NCBI GenBank assembly: GCA_903889905.1
Contig: CAISZI010000008.1
Location: 40,766 to 104,765, forward strand
Direction: 5' to 3'
Length of the DNA stretch: 64,000 bases
Origin: Candidatus Wirthbacteria bacterium
GTDB lineage: Bacteria; Patescibacteriota; CG2-30-54-11
The translations under genes and the position numbers were made by a program. Shown here in pieces: positions 26,928 through 35,449 of the stretch. The notes beneath the pieces were generated by a model. It saw only the letters and a list, made by a program, of their open reading frames with translations. It was not told where the DNA came from and ran no database searches. How positions within the stretch are numbered: the stretch's first letter is position 1; every line of letters starts with the position of its first letter.

Positions 26928-28145
26928 ATGGCAAAATATCAATACAAAGCGCGCGACGGCCAGGGAGCCATCAAATCCGGTGTGATTGATGCGATGAACA
27001 AAAACAGCGCCATTTCACAACTGCGGGACAAACAGTTCATCCCGCTCGAGATCAAAGAAAAAACCGGCGACATTGAAATTTTCAACAAGATCAAAGACGC
27101 GCTGGGCGTACCCATGAAAGACAAAGTCATCTTTACGCGACAGCTCGCTTCCATTATCAACGCCGGCATCACGCTGGTCGAAGCCCTGCAACTGATTCAG
27201 GACCAAACCAACAGCCGTCAACTCAAAAATATCATCGCCAAAGTGCTGGAAGACATTCAGGGTGGGCTAACCTTTGCCGACGCGCTCGCCAAATACCCGG
27301 ATGTTTTTTCCGACTTATTCATCAATATCGTCCGCGCCGGTGAAATCAGCGGTACGCTCGACACGTCACTCGAAAACCTGGCCGAACAGATGCAAAAAGA
27401 TGCCGCCGTCATGGGCAAAATTAAAGGCGCTATGACATTGCCCATTCTCGTGCTTATCGTCATCGTCGGGGTGATTATCCTGATGAGTGTGGCTGTCATC
27501 CCACAGCTCAGCGATTTGTTCAAAGAAGCTGGTGCATCTCTGCCCCTGCCGACGCAAATCATGATGGCCATGAGTGAAGTGCTGACGACACCACTCTACG
27601 ATCTCGCACTGGTGGCAATCATCGCGGTCAGCATTTTTTTGCTGACCAAATTCCTCAAAACCAAACGCGGTAAAGAAATCAAGGATACCGCAATTTTCAA
27701 AATGCCGGTTTTTGGCAGCCTGCAGAAACTGGTCATTTACACACGTCTTACCGGCGTCCTGGCGATGTTGCTCAAAAGTGGCGTGCCCCTGCTCAAGGCC
27801 ATGGATATTATTGCCGACCTGGTGGGCAATACGCTCTATACAAGAGCCCTGCACAAAGTAGCCAAGGAAGTGGAAAAAGGTGTTCCCCTCTCGCAAGCCA
27901 TCTCCCAGGATCCCCTTTTCCCCAATATGATTTCCCAAATGCTGAATATCGGCGAACAAACCGGTTCCATTGACAACATGCTGGAAAAAGTCTGCAAACT
28001 CTACGAAACCGATATGAGTAACCTCATCGGGAACCTCACCACTTTGCTCGAACCGATGCTGATGGTCATTATGGGTGGCGCTGTAGCGTTCATTGTCATG
28101 GCCGTGCTCATGCCTATTTACAACCTGGTAAATGTGATACAATAA
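26928..28145 (+). CDS. pilC: type IV pilus platform protein PilC (T2SS F-domain, GspF family)
   Basis: 405 aa with two T2SSF repeats and three TM segments. Conserved ...PLLKAMDIIADLVGN... segment. Confidence 0.95.
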   Translation: MAKYQYKARDGQGAIKSGVIDAMNKNSAISQLRDKQFIPLEIKEKTGDIEIFNKIKDALGVPMKDKVIFTRQLASIINAGITLVEALQLIQDQTNSRQLKNIIAKVLEDIQGGLTFADALAKYPDVFSDLFINIVRAGEISGTLDTSLENLAEQMQKDAAVMGKIKGAMTLPILVLIVIVGVIILMSVAVIPQLSDLFKEAGASLPLPTQIMMAMSEVLTTPLYDLALVAIIAVSIFLLTKFLKTKRGKEIKDTAIFKMPVFGSLQKLVIYTRLTGVLAMLLKSGVPLLKAMDIIADLVGNTLYTRALHKVAKEVEKGVPLSQAISQDPLFPNMISQMLNIGEQTGSIDNMLEKVCKLYETDMSNLIGNLTTLLEPMLMVIMGGAVAFIVMAVLMPIYNLVNVIQ

Positions 28146-28208
28146 TTTTTGATAATGTGCTATAATAAAAAGAAGTCGAAAAAATTAATTAATAAAAAAA
28201 ACCAAAAG

Positions 28209-28661
28209 ATGCCAAAATCAACTGAAAACAATGTTCAAGCAAATGTCTCCCTGCTGCATGTAACCCACGCACGGGGGTTTACGCTCATCGAACTGCTGGT
28301 GGTGATCGCCATCATTGGCGTGATGGCCGCCCTGGTTATTGTCAACCTAAGCACAGCCAATAAGAAATCGCGCGACGCACGGCGTAAAGCCGACCTCAGC
28401 GAAGTCCGCACAGCCATGGAATTGTACTATGATTCTTATTTGTCATACCCTCTAGCCCCGGCTACAGCTACCAACATTGCGGCACTTTCGAGCTATCTGA
28501 GCCCACAATACATTCAAAAACTACCTGTTGATCCCAAAAATACCGGATCCAATATCTATCTCTATACCATGCCGGCTGTTTCTCCCAGCTCTGCCGGTTA
28601 TCAGTTAAATGTGAGCCTTGAGAATGCGGCCACTCCCTATACGGTTTATGGTACCAATTAA
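28209..28661 (+). CDS. type IV pilin (class III signal peptide), paralog 1
   Basis: Leader MPKSTENNVQANVSLLHVTHARG|FTLIELLVVIAIIGVMAALVIV, with the prepilin cleavage site G|FTLIE and Glu+5. The ORF track's upstream Met at 28149 is less likely. Confidence 0.85.
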   Translation: MPKSTENNVQANVSLLHVTHARGFTLIELLVVIAIIGVMAALVIVNLSTANKKSRDARRKADLSEVRTAMELYYDSYLSYPLAPATATNIAALSSYLSPQYIQKLPVDPKNTGSNIYLYTMPAVSPSSAGYQLNVSLENAATPYTVYGTN

Positions 28662-28707
28662 TCTTCACATAAATTTATTATTTTTTCTCACGAAAGGAGA
28701 AAAACAA

Positions 28708-29127
28708 ATGAAGAGACAAAAAGGCTTCACCCTCATCGAACTCCTGGTGGTGATTGCTATCATTGGCGTGATGGCCGCCCTGGTCATCGTCAACCTCAGT
28801 ACAGCCAACAAAAAATCGCGCGATGCCCGCCGCAAGGCCGACCTCAGCGAAGTCCGCACAGCCATGGAACTGTATTTCGATGCCAATACAGGCTATCCTC
28901 CCCTGACGGTTTCGGGTGCGAATATCACCGGACTGTCCAGCTATCTTAGCCCGACCTACATCCAGACTTTGCCTCTCGACCCCAAAAATACGGCAACCGG
29001 TGGATTCATCTATACCTATACCATGCCAGCAGTCACGCCAAGCACGGCCGGGTATCAGATCAATGCCACCATGGAAAATCCTTCGGCCACGAACCCTTCT
29101 CCTTACTCGGTCTACGGTTCAAACTAA
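28708..29127 (+). CDS. type IV pilin, paralog 2
   Basis: AAGGAGAAAA RBS then MKRQKG|FTLIELLVVIAIIGVMAALVIV. First roughly 50 aa nearly identical to paralog 1, C-terminal domains differ. Strong rho-independent terminator just downstream. Confidence 0.9.
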   Translation: MKRQKGFTLIELLVVIAIIGVMAALVIVNLSTANKKSRDARRKADLSEVRTAMELYFDANTGYPPLTVSGANITGLSSYLSPTYIQTLPLDPKNTATGGFIYTYTMPAVTPSTAGYQINATMENPSATNPSPYSVYGSN

Positions 29128-29144
29128 GTCCTCCATCATGCATC

Positions 29145-29178
29145 AAAAAGTCCCGCCCGCCTGGGCGGGACTTTTTTG
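29145..29178 (+). terminator. rho-independent terminator after the tandem pilin genes
   Basis: AAAAAGTCCCGCCCGCCTGGGCGGGACTTTTTTGA. A 10-bp GC-rich stem with a 4-nt loop, then a T6 run. Confidence 0.8.
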
Positions 29179-29213
29179 ATACACCCCTGCTTTCTCTTAC
29201 CAAAAACAACACC

Positions 29214-30044
29214 ATGCCTATTCCCTATTTTTTTGCCCTTTGTCTGGTTTTTTTGATCGGTGCCGCCATTGCCAGTTTTTTGTGTAACGTCGTTTACCGT
29301 TTGCTGCATCAGGAAAAATTTCTCAAAAACCGTTCCAAATGTGAACATTGTCAGCATTTTCTCGAACCCTGGGACCTGATCCCTGTCCTCAGTTTTGCCT
29401 GGCTCAGAGGCCGATGCCGGTATTGCCGTCAACCGATTCCAGCCAAGTATTGGCTGACAGAAATCATCACAGGTGTCATTTTTGTCATTAGTTTTGTCAC
29501 TGTTTTCCCCTCTATTGCAGCGGATTTCAACAACCCTGAACTCTATTTCAAGCTACTGTTTGAGTGGTGGAGCATCGGTATCCTGCTGTTTGTGGCGCTC
29601 TATGACATAGAGGCCATGATGGTCATCGAAGCAGTGGTCTGGATCGCTATCCTGGTGACGGCCATTTTCCGTATGCTGCTCCTGTCCTGGCAACCACTTG
29701 GCCCCAGTCTGGCAGCCTTTGCTTCCATGGCGGGCGTCGCAATTTTAAACGCCTTGTTTATCTGGACGATTGTGCTGATTTCCAAAGAACAAGGCATGGG
29801 CAAAGGTGACATCGGACTCGCCTTTCTGATTGGACTGATTGCCGGTTGGCCGGGTGCTGTGGCGAGCTTGCTGCTGGCTTTTGTCTCCGGCGCCACCGTG
29901 GGGTTAATGCTGATTGCCCTGCGCACCAAAACCCTGCGCCAGGTTATCCCTTTTGCGCCATTTCTCGCTTTTGGCGGAATTACCGCCATGTTGTTTGGTG
30001 AAGCGATCATCCGTTGGTATAGTCAAACCTTTTTGTTGTTTTAG
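29214..30044 (+). CDS. pilD: prepilin peptidase PilD (A24 family) with N-terminal zinc-finger
   Basis: CEHCQH...CRYCRQ tetracysteine motif, eight TM helices, catalytic Asp regions (...ALYDIE..., ...GKGDIGLAFLIG...). Confidence 0.9.
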   Translation: MPIPYFFALCLVFLIGAAIASFLCNVVYRLLHQEKFLKNRSKCEHCQHFLEPWDLIPVLSFAWLRGRCRYCRQPIPAKYWLTEIITGVIFVISFVTVFPSIAADFNNPELYFKLLFEWWSIGILLFVALYDIEAMMVIEAVVWIAILVTAIFRMLLLSWQPLGPSLAAFASMAGVAILNALFIWTIVLISKEQGMGKGDIGLAFLIGLIAGWPGAVASLLLAFVSGATVGLMLIALRTKTLRQVIPFAPFLAFGGITAMLFGEAIIRWYSQTFLLF

Positions 30045-30046
30045 TC

Positions 30047-30631
30047 ATGCTCAACCTGCACCACAAGCATCAACAGCCATTTGCCTTTACCCTGATCGAA
30101 CTTCTGGTCGTCGTCAGTATTGTCATCCTGGTGTCGGTCATGATTTTGCCACGTCTGCAGCAACAAAACCTCCGTACCCGTGTCTCCAGCGGTGCCAACC
30201 AGATGCGCGCAGATCTCCGCAATGTTCGTGCCTGGGCCCAGGCCGTGCGCAACGGCACCCACGACGCCAGCAGTTTTAATAATCAGTTGGTTGCCTATGC
30301 CTTTCACGCCGACATCACCCCAGGTCAAAATTCCCAGTATTCGATCTGGGAAGTCTGGACCAATGCCAGCGGCCTTCTCGCCACCTACAGTCAGACACCG
30401 GATACACGCAGACACTACTATGCGCTGCCTGATAAAGTCGTCGTGAGCAGCATCACTCCCGTCAACCCTGACAACTCTGGCACAGTTGATATATACTTCC
30501 AGACGCCAACCGGGACTCCCGATACCCACTACACGACTTTTGATACCAATGGACGGGTTGTGATCAATCTCAACCTGAATAACAGCTATCCCCAAACGGT
30601 CACAATATCCTCCAACGGTGTTATTTTTTAA
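30047..30631 (+). CDS. minor pilin / pseudopilin-like protein (prepilin-type N-terminus)
   Basis: N-terminus ...PFA|FTLIELLVVVSIVILVSVMIL, a class III signal with Glu+5. Confidence 0.75.
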   Translation: MLNLHHKHQQPFAFTLIELLVVVSIVILVSVMILPRLQQQNLRTRVSSGANQMRADLRNVRAWAQAVRNGTHDASSFNNQLVAYAFHADITPGQNSQYSIWEVWTNASGLLATYSQTPDTRRHYYALPDKVVVSSITPVNPDNSGTVDIYFQTPTGTPDTHYTTFDTNGRVVINLNLNNSYPQTVTISSNGVIF

Positions 30632-30643
30632 ACGCAAGCACGC

Positions 30644-31282
30644 ATGCGCAGACGGACACATCCAAAGGCTCAAATCCTGATCGAGGTCATCGTCGGCCTT
30701 GCCATGGTTTCTGTCGTGCTGGTTGCACTGATGTCGCTCAGCATTCACTCCCTGCAGGTACAAATCAGCAACAAGCTCAAACAACAGACTTCCCAACTCA
30801 ACCGCGAATCGATGGAAGTGGTGCGACAAATCCGCGACGGCCTGGGACAGGTCAAAGTGAGCGGCAGTGAATGCCCCTGGAACTGGTCCAATACCGCTGC
30901 CAGCAGCGACCCGTGCCAAACGATTTGGGTCAGCAATGACTGGACATACTTTCGGCTGTATTATGAAACCAATAATGGTGCGGCGCACTGGGTTCTGGAA
31001 GCCATGACCAACGCGGCCTGCAATAACGACGTCACCAATCCCAAAGCCGATTGCTACAAACTGAGTTACAATAAAAACACCAACCAATTTGGCTACAAAA
31101 ACGTCGGGGGATTTACGGCCACAACGGATAGTATTTTTTATCGCCAGATCCGGTTGCGGGACCGCACGGCATCCGGCAACAACGGTGTCGTTCTGTCCAA
31201 AACACTGTATTCCATCCTCAGCTGGCGTCAGGCCTCGACCAACCAGAAAAGTGAAGTTTATACTGTATTATCGATGTGGTAA
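30644..31282 (+). CDS. pilin-like protein (prepilin-type hydrophobic N-terminus)
   Basis: N-terminus ...KAQILIEVIVGLAMVSVVLVALMS (Glu+5 in a hydrophobic helix). Sits inside the pilus operon. Confidence 0.6.
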   Translation: MRRRTHPKAQILIEVIVGLAMVSVVLVALMSLSIHSLQVQISNKLKQQTSQLNRESMEVVRQIRDGLGQVKVSGSECPWNWSNTAASSDPCQTIWVSNDWTYFRLYYETNNGAAHWVLEAMTNAACNNDVTNPKADCYKLSYNKNTNQFGYKNVGGFTATTDSIFYRQIRLRDRTASGNNGVVLSKTLYSILSWRQASTNQKSEVYTVLSMW

Positions 31283-31825
31283 ATGAAAAACCATCAACAT
31301 CATGGCATGTCGGTGATTGAAGCGCTGGTTGCCATCACGATTTTTTCGTTCATGACCATGATCGCCATGTCCGTGCTGACCACCATCAGCCGCAGCCAGA
31401 AAAAAACCACCATTGCCAACGACGTTTACGGTTCCGCACAGGAGATGATGGACAACATCGTACAGATCACCAAACAATCCAACGACACTCTCACCAGCGT
31501 CGGTCCGCAGGGCAACCAGCAAGCTTGTGTCAACTCGTGCCTGGCGCTGCTTCAACCCGACGGTTCCACGGTAATTTTTACATTGGTCAACAAACAATTA
31601 TTAATGCTCAAAAGTGACCTCAACGACCCCAGCCCGACACGGCTGAGTTCCCCCAATGTCAATGTCGACAACCTGACGTTTACCATCAACCGGCCGGCCA
31701 TCAATCCTCCCCCACCGTCGGTCAGCATTGGACTCGATGTCTCGGCGATTACCAGCGATCCCAAACACCCGCAACTTTCTGCGAGTACGCATTTACAAAA
31801 TGTTATCGTGCTGCGTAATTACTAA
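31283..31825 (+). CDS. minor pilin-like protein (PilW/PulJ-like)
   Basis: N-terminus ...HHG|MSVIEALVAITIFSFMTMIAMSV, a class III signal. Confidence 0.7.
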   Translation: MKNHQHHGMSVIEALVAITIFSFMTMIAMSVLTTISRSQKKTTIANDVYGSAQEMMDNIVQITKQSNDTLTSVGPQGNQQACVNSCLALLQPDGSTVIFTLVNKQLLMLKSDLNDPSPTRLSSPNVNVDNLTFTINRPAINPPPPSVSIGLDVSAITSDPKHPQLSASTHLQNVIVLRNY

Positions 31826-31839
31826 ATAGACTGCCCAAG

Positions 31840-33150
31840 ATGCCCCCAAAAACAAAAACCAATACGTCTGTCGCTCCCACCTTCAAAACCGGCCAGCTGC
31901 ATCGCGAGGCGCTGCTGCCTCCACTTTCACACATGATCCTGTTTGGTGCTGTGGTGATGCTGGGCTTGGCACTGATCTACAGTTTGCTGCGCCTCAGTGA
32001 TGCCAGCGCTGCGGATGAGATCGCCGTTCAAACCAATCTGGAACAGGAAGTGGAACTGTTGCGCGGCAGTCGTACCGTACTGCGTGACCAACAATTAGCC
32101 ACCACGGCTGCCCGCCAGGACATGCTGGACCAACTCAACGCGATGGGCGCGGCGCTTACGGCTGAAGCATCCAAAGATGCCAATAGTCAATTGGCCAAAA
32201 TCAACGCCGTCTATGACCAGATGGCGGCGATAGACCTGAAGGCACAGGCTGATGGCAAACTCGGGGTCAATCTGGACGAATACAATAAAGCCATACAGGA
32301 CTGGAAAAACAAACTATTTGCCCGTGACTATGCCGGCATTACAGCTGGCATCGCCGATCAAAACACTAAACTCGACGCGGCACTTACAGTCCTCCAAAAA
32401 CAACAGCAGATTGCGCAACAAGCAGCACCCCCCAAAGCCGCGGCCGCTGCCAAAAAAGCAACCGTGTCCAAACCCAGCGGCACCACAGTGAATACGTCAG
32501 CCGGAACTTTTCGCTATGTCAAAATCACAGCCCCGATCGGGACGCGTGTCTTGACACTGACTGCCGCCACTGATGACTGCACCAACAATTGCCCGGCCAA
32601 ATCGCTCGCCGATTATGTCACGAGCGTGGGAGGTTTTGCCGGTATGAACGGGTCGTATTTCTGCCCGCCGGATTACAGTTTTTGCAACACTCAGCTCAAT
32701 GTTTTCTGGTCCTCGGTTTACAATAGCTCCCTCAGCCAGTGGATCTACTGGGACAAACGCAGCTGGAATGACCGCGCTGGCATCACTTTTAGCGGGACAA
32801 CCCCATCGTTTCATGCAACCGGCGCATCGGTGCCTGCCAGTGTCACCGCAGGGATCATGAATTATCCGGCATTGCTGGACAATGGCAACATCGCCGTCGA
32901 CGTCGCTACGCTCGACACCAAACAAAAAAGCAAGGGCACACGCGGGGCATTTGGATTTAATGGCTCAACCCTGTTCCTGGTCACCATGTACAACGCATCC
33001 GTCACGGACGAAGCCTATATCATGCAGGCGCTGGGTGCCACCAATGCCATCAACCTCGATGGCGGCGGGTCGTCAGCCATGTACCAAAACGGACATTACA
33101 TCGTCGGACCAGGAAGATTACTACCCAATGCAATTGTCTTTGCGAATTAG
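31840..33150 (+). CDS. membrane-anchored protein with C-terminal phosphodiester glycosidase (NAGPA/DUF2233) domain
   Basis: N-terminal TM helix (ILFGAVVMLGLALIYSLL), a coiled-coil/Ala-Gln-rich spacer, and a C-terminal ...ATNAINLDGGGSSAMYQNGHYIV... matching the NAGPA-family DGGGSS signature. Last gene of the pilus operon. Confidence 0.7.
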   Translation: MPPKTKTNTSVAPTFKTGQLHREALLPPLSHMILFGAVVMLGLALIYSLLRLSDASAADEIAVQTNLEQEVELLRGSRTVLRDQQLATTAARQDMLDQLNAMGAALTAEASKDANSQLAKINAVYDQMAAIDLKAQADGKLGVNLDEYNKAIQDWKNKLFARDYAGITAGIADQNTKLDAALTVLQKQQQIAQQAAPPKAAAAAKKATVSKPSGTTVNTSAGTFRYVKITAPIGTRVLTLTAATDDCTNNCPAKSLADYVTSVGGFAGMNGSYFCPPDYSFCNTQLNVFWSSVYNSSLSQWIYWDKRSWNDRAGITFSGTTPSFHATGASVPASVTAGIMNYPALLDNGNIAVDVATLDTKQKSKGTRGAFGFNGSTLFLVTMYNASVTDEAYIMQALGATNAINLDGGGSSAMYQNGHYIVGPGRLLPNAIVFAN

Positions 33151-33159
33151 ATTTCGATA

Positions 33160-33245
33160 ACTTCTCCCCCCCCCAGCGGGGGAGGATTAAAGGAGAGGGG
33201 ATTCCCTCTCTCTAGCTCTCCCCCAGCGGGGGAGAGGAAATGAGG
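33160..33245. repeat. two REP-like hairpins downstream of the pilus operon
   Basis: CTCCCCCCC-CAGC-GGGGGAG and CTCTCCCCCAGCGGGGGAGAG (9-bp stem, AGC loop). Confidence 0.7.
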
Positions 33246-33311
33246 GTTGGCCATTTCCCACGCATCTGCTAGAATCCTTCTGTTGAAGCCCATATCACGG
33301 AAGGAATTTCC

Positions 33312-34067
33312 ATGTCCGGTCACAACAAGTGGTCCAAGATCAAGAACAAAAAAGCCGTCACCGACGCCCAGAAAAACTCGGCTTTTACCAAAGCATTGAA
33401 ACTCATTCACAGCACGGTCAAAGCCGGTGGTCCCAATCCCGAGACCAATTTCAAGCTCAAAATGGCCATGGACAGCGCCAAACAAAGCGGCGTGCCGATT
33501 ACCACGATTGAAAATGGCATCAAAAAAGCCAGTGGCGCCGGTGCTGATGCGACGGTCATGGAAGACATCACCTATGAAGGCTATGGCCCGGGCGGCGTCG
33601 CCGTACTGATCCACGTTACCACCGACAACCGCAACCGCTCGGTCTCGGAAATCCGCCACAGTTTCAACAAACACAACGGCAGTTTGGGTGAAAACGGTTG
33701 CGTGGGATGGATGTTTGAACAAAAAGGCGCGATTTATGTCGCGGCTCCCAAGGCAACCCAGGAAGAGCTGATGCTGAAAGTGATGGAACTGCCCGTCGAA
33801 GACATAGAACAGGACGATGCAGGCATGACGATTTATACGCTGGCTGAAAATCTACATACCGTCAAAATAGGCTTGGAAACGGCTAAAATCATCCCCGAAA
33901 ACCCAGAACTGATCATGAAACCCAAAAACACGGTCAAAGTGGAAGATCCAGCCATCGCCAAACAAGTCGTGGCACTGCTCAGCGACATGGAAGACCACGA
34001 AGACGTCCAGGGCGTTTACGCCAACGCCGACTTCCCCGACAGTGTCCTGGCCAATTTGGAAGAATAG
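33312..34067 (+). CDS. yebC: YebC/PmpR family DNA-binding transcriptional regulator
   Basis: MSGHNKWSKIKNKKAVTDAQK...FTKALKLI...AGGPNPETNFKLK... is the highly conserved YebC N-terminus. 251 aa. Confidence 0.95.
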   Translation: MSGHNKWSKIKNKKAVTDAQKNSAFTKALKLIHSTVKAGGPNPETNFKLKMAMDSAKQSGVPITTIENGIKKASGAGADATVMEDITYEGYGPGGVAVLIHVTTDNRNRSVSEIRHSFNKHNGSLGENGCVGWMFEQKGAIYVAAPKATQEELMLKVMELPVEDIEQDDAGMTIYTLAENLHTVKIGLETAKIIPENPELIMKPKNTVKVEDPAIAKQVVALLSDMEDHEDVQGVYANADFPDSVLANLEE

Positions 34068-34156
34068 CTTTCTCGTCCCATTAATAAAATCCTAGACAAA
34101 TTCTCCCTGAACCCATACAATATCCAAGCGTTGTTTGCAGCCCTTTAATAATCCTC

Positions 34157-34251
34157 TCAATCCGTCCAATTTGCGCAGGACCGCTCCAAGCAAATTGGAC
34201 ACCGATTCGTTCTTTTGCCTACTTTTCTTACTCAAAGAAAAGTAGATTCTC
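34157..34251 (+). repeat. conserved ~95-nt tRNA leader element with two hairpins (copy 1, upstream of tRNA-Leu-CAG)
   Basis: AATCCGTCCAATTTGCGCAGGACCGCTCCAAGCAAATTGGACACCGATTCGTTCTTTTGCCTACTTTTCTTACTCAAAGAAAAGTAGATTCT. Confidence 0.75.
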
Positions 34252-34338
34252 GCCGAAGTGGTGAAATTGGTAGACACGCAACGTTCAGGGCGTTGTGAGC
34301 TCACGCTCATGAGAGTTCAACTCTCTCCTTCGGCACCA
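34252..34338 (+). tRNA. tRNA-Leu (anticodon CAG), long variable arm, CCA encoded
   Basis: GCCGAAGTGGTGAAATTGGTAGACACGCAACGTTCAGGGCGTTG...CTTCGGCACCA. Anticodon loop TTCAGGG. Type II variable arm. Confidence 0.85.
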
Positions 34339-34436
34339 ACCTACGCTCGGGATAGCCGTCTAAGAAGCGGCGAGCTACGGTTGGCTGCGCCAGGCTACAA
34401 AAGGTACGCAGCCATTTATGAACATTAAAACTCCCC

Positions 34437-34532
34437 ATCAATCCGTCCAATTTGTGCAGGACCGCTCCAAGCAAATTGGACACCGATTCGTTTTTTGCCT
34501 ACTTTTTTACTCAAAAAAAGTAGAAAGTCTTT
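34437..34532 (+). repeat. tRNA leader element copy 2 (upstream of tRNA-Leu-GAG)
   Basis: Same element. Hairpin 2 reads CTACTTTTTTACTCAAAAAAAGTAG, a compensated change relative to copy 1. Confidence 0.75.
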
Positions 34533-34618
34533 GCCGAGGTGGTGAAATGGTAGACACGCAAGCTTGAGGGGCTTGTGGGAGCAATCCTGTGGAGGTTCAA
34601 GTCCTCTCCTCGGCACCA
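34533..34618 (+). tRNA. tRNA-Leu (anticodon GAG), CCA encoded
   Basis: GCCGAGGTGGTGAAATGGTAGACACGCAAGCTTGAGGGGCTTG...CCTCGGCACCA. Anticodon loop TTGAGGG. Confidence 0.85.
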
Positions 34619-34789
34619 ACCTTCGCTCGCAGCGAGCTGCGGTTGGCAGGCCATCACCCAATTGATGGCTTCGCCAGCTTAATGAACTTATAGCGTACAA
34701 CTGTTAAACCAACACGCAGTTGAGCCAAAGAGGGCCTGCCCTCCGAAGCTTGTCAGGTTACGAGTAACCTGACTTCCCGAAGCGTAGGA

Positions 34790-34866
34790 GGGCGATTAGC
34801 TCAGTTGGTTAGAGCGTCTGCCTTACACGCAGAATGTCGCAGGTTCGAGTCCTGCATCGCCCACCA
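34790..34866 (+). tRNA. tRNA-Val (anticodon TAC), CCA encoded
   Basis: GGGCGATTAGCTCAGTTGGTTAGAGCGTCTGCCTTACACGCAGAA...GGTTCGAGTCCTGCATCGCCCACCA. Anticodon loop CTTACAC. Confidence 0.85.
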
Positions 34867-35010
34867 GCCTACGCTGTAGGCATCCCCATCATAATCATAC
34901 GTAGTGGGTTACCCATATTTCCGCTTTCAGCTTCGGCTGGCAGGCCATCTCTCCCCTCTTGGTTATGTGTTAGCTAACACATAACGGGATTGAACCTTAA
35001 AATCCTAATG

Positions 35011-35105
35011 TAATCCGTTCGTTTTGCGCAGGGCCGTCCCAAGCAAAACGAACACCGCTTCGTTCTTTTGCCAACTTTTCTTACTCAAAGAAAAGTTGAA
35101 TCTCC
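35011..35105 (+). repeat. tRNA leader element copy 3 (upstream of tRNA-Phe)
   Basis: GTTCGTTTTGCGCAGGGCCGTCCCAAGCAAAACGAAC and CAACTTTTCTTACTCAAAGAAAAGTTG. Both stems carry compensatory changes relative to copy 1. Confidence 0.75.
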
Positions 35106-35181
35106 GCCGAGATAGCTCAGCCGGTAGAGCGAAGGACTGAAAATCCTTGCGTCCCCAGTTCGATCCTGGGTCTCGGCACCA
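35106..35181 (+). tRNA. tRNA-Phe (anticodon GAA), CCA encoded
   Basis: GCCGAGATAGCTCAGCCGGTAGAGCGAAGGACTGAAAATCCTTG...GGTCTCGGCACCA. Anticodon loop CTGAAAA. Confidence 0.85.
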
Positions 35182-35305
35182 CTTCGAAAATCCCCCTTGG
35201 CAACCAATTGCCATTTCGTTATACTTCTCTCCGTTGGTTTTGTGAAAATGGCACCACAAACGTTAGTTCCCAGGCGGGCCTGCCCGCCGTAGCTTCTGAG
35301 CGTAG

Positions 35306-35381
<76 letters not shown>

Positions 35382-35397
35382 GATTGCAATCATCACT

Positions 35398-35428
35398 AAA
35401 AGCCCCGATAATTGTCGGGGCTTTTTTG
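35398..35428 (+). terminator. rho-independent terminator after tRNA-Gly
   Basis: AAAAGCCCCGATAATTGTCGGGGCTTTTTTGG. A 7-bp GC stem, then a T6 run. Confidence 0.8.
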
Positions 35429-35449
35429 GTAAATCAGAAGGATTGGGCC

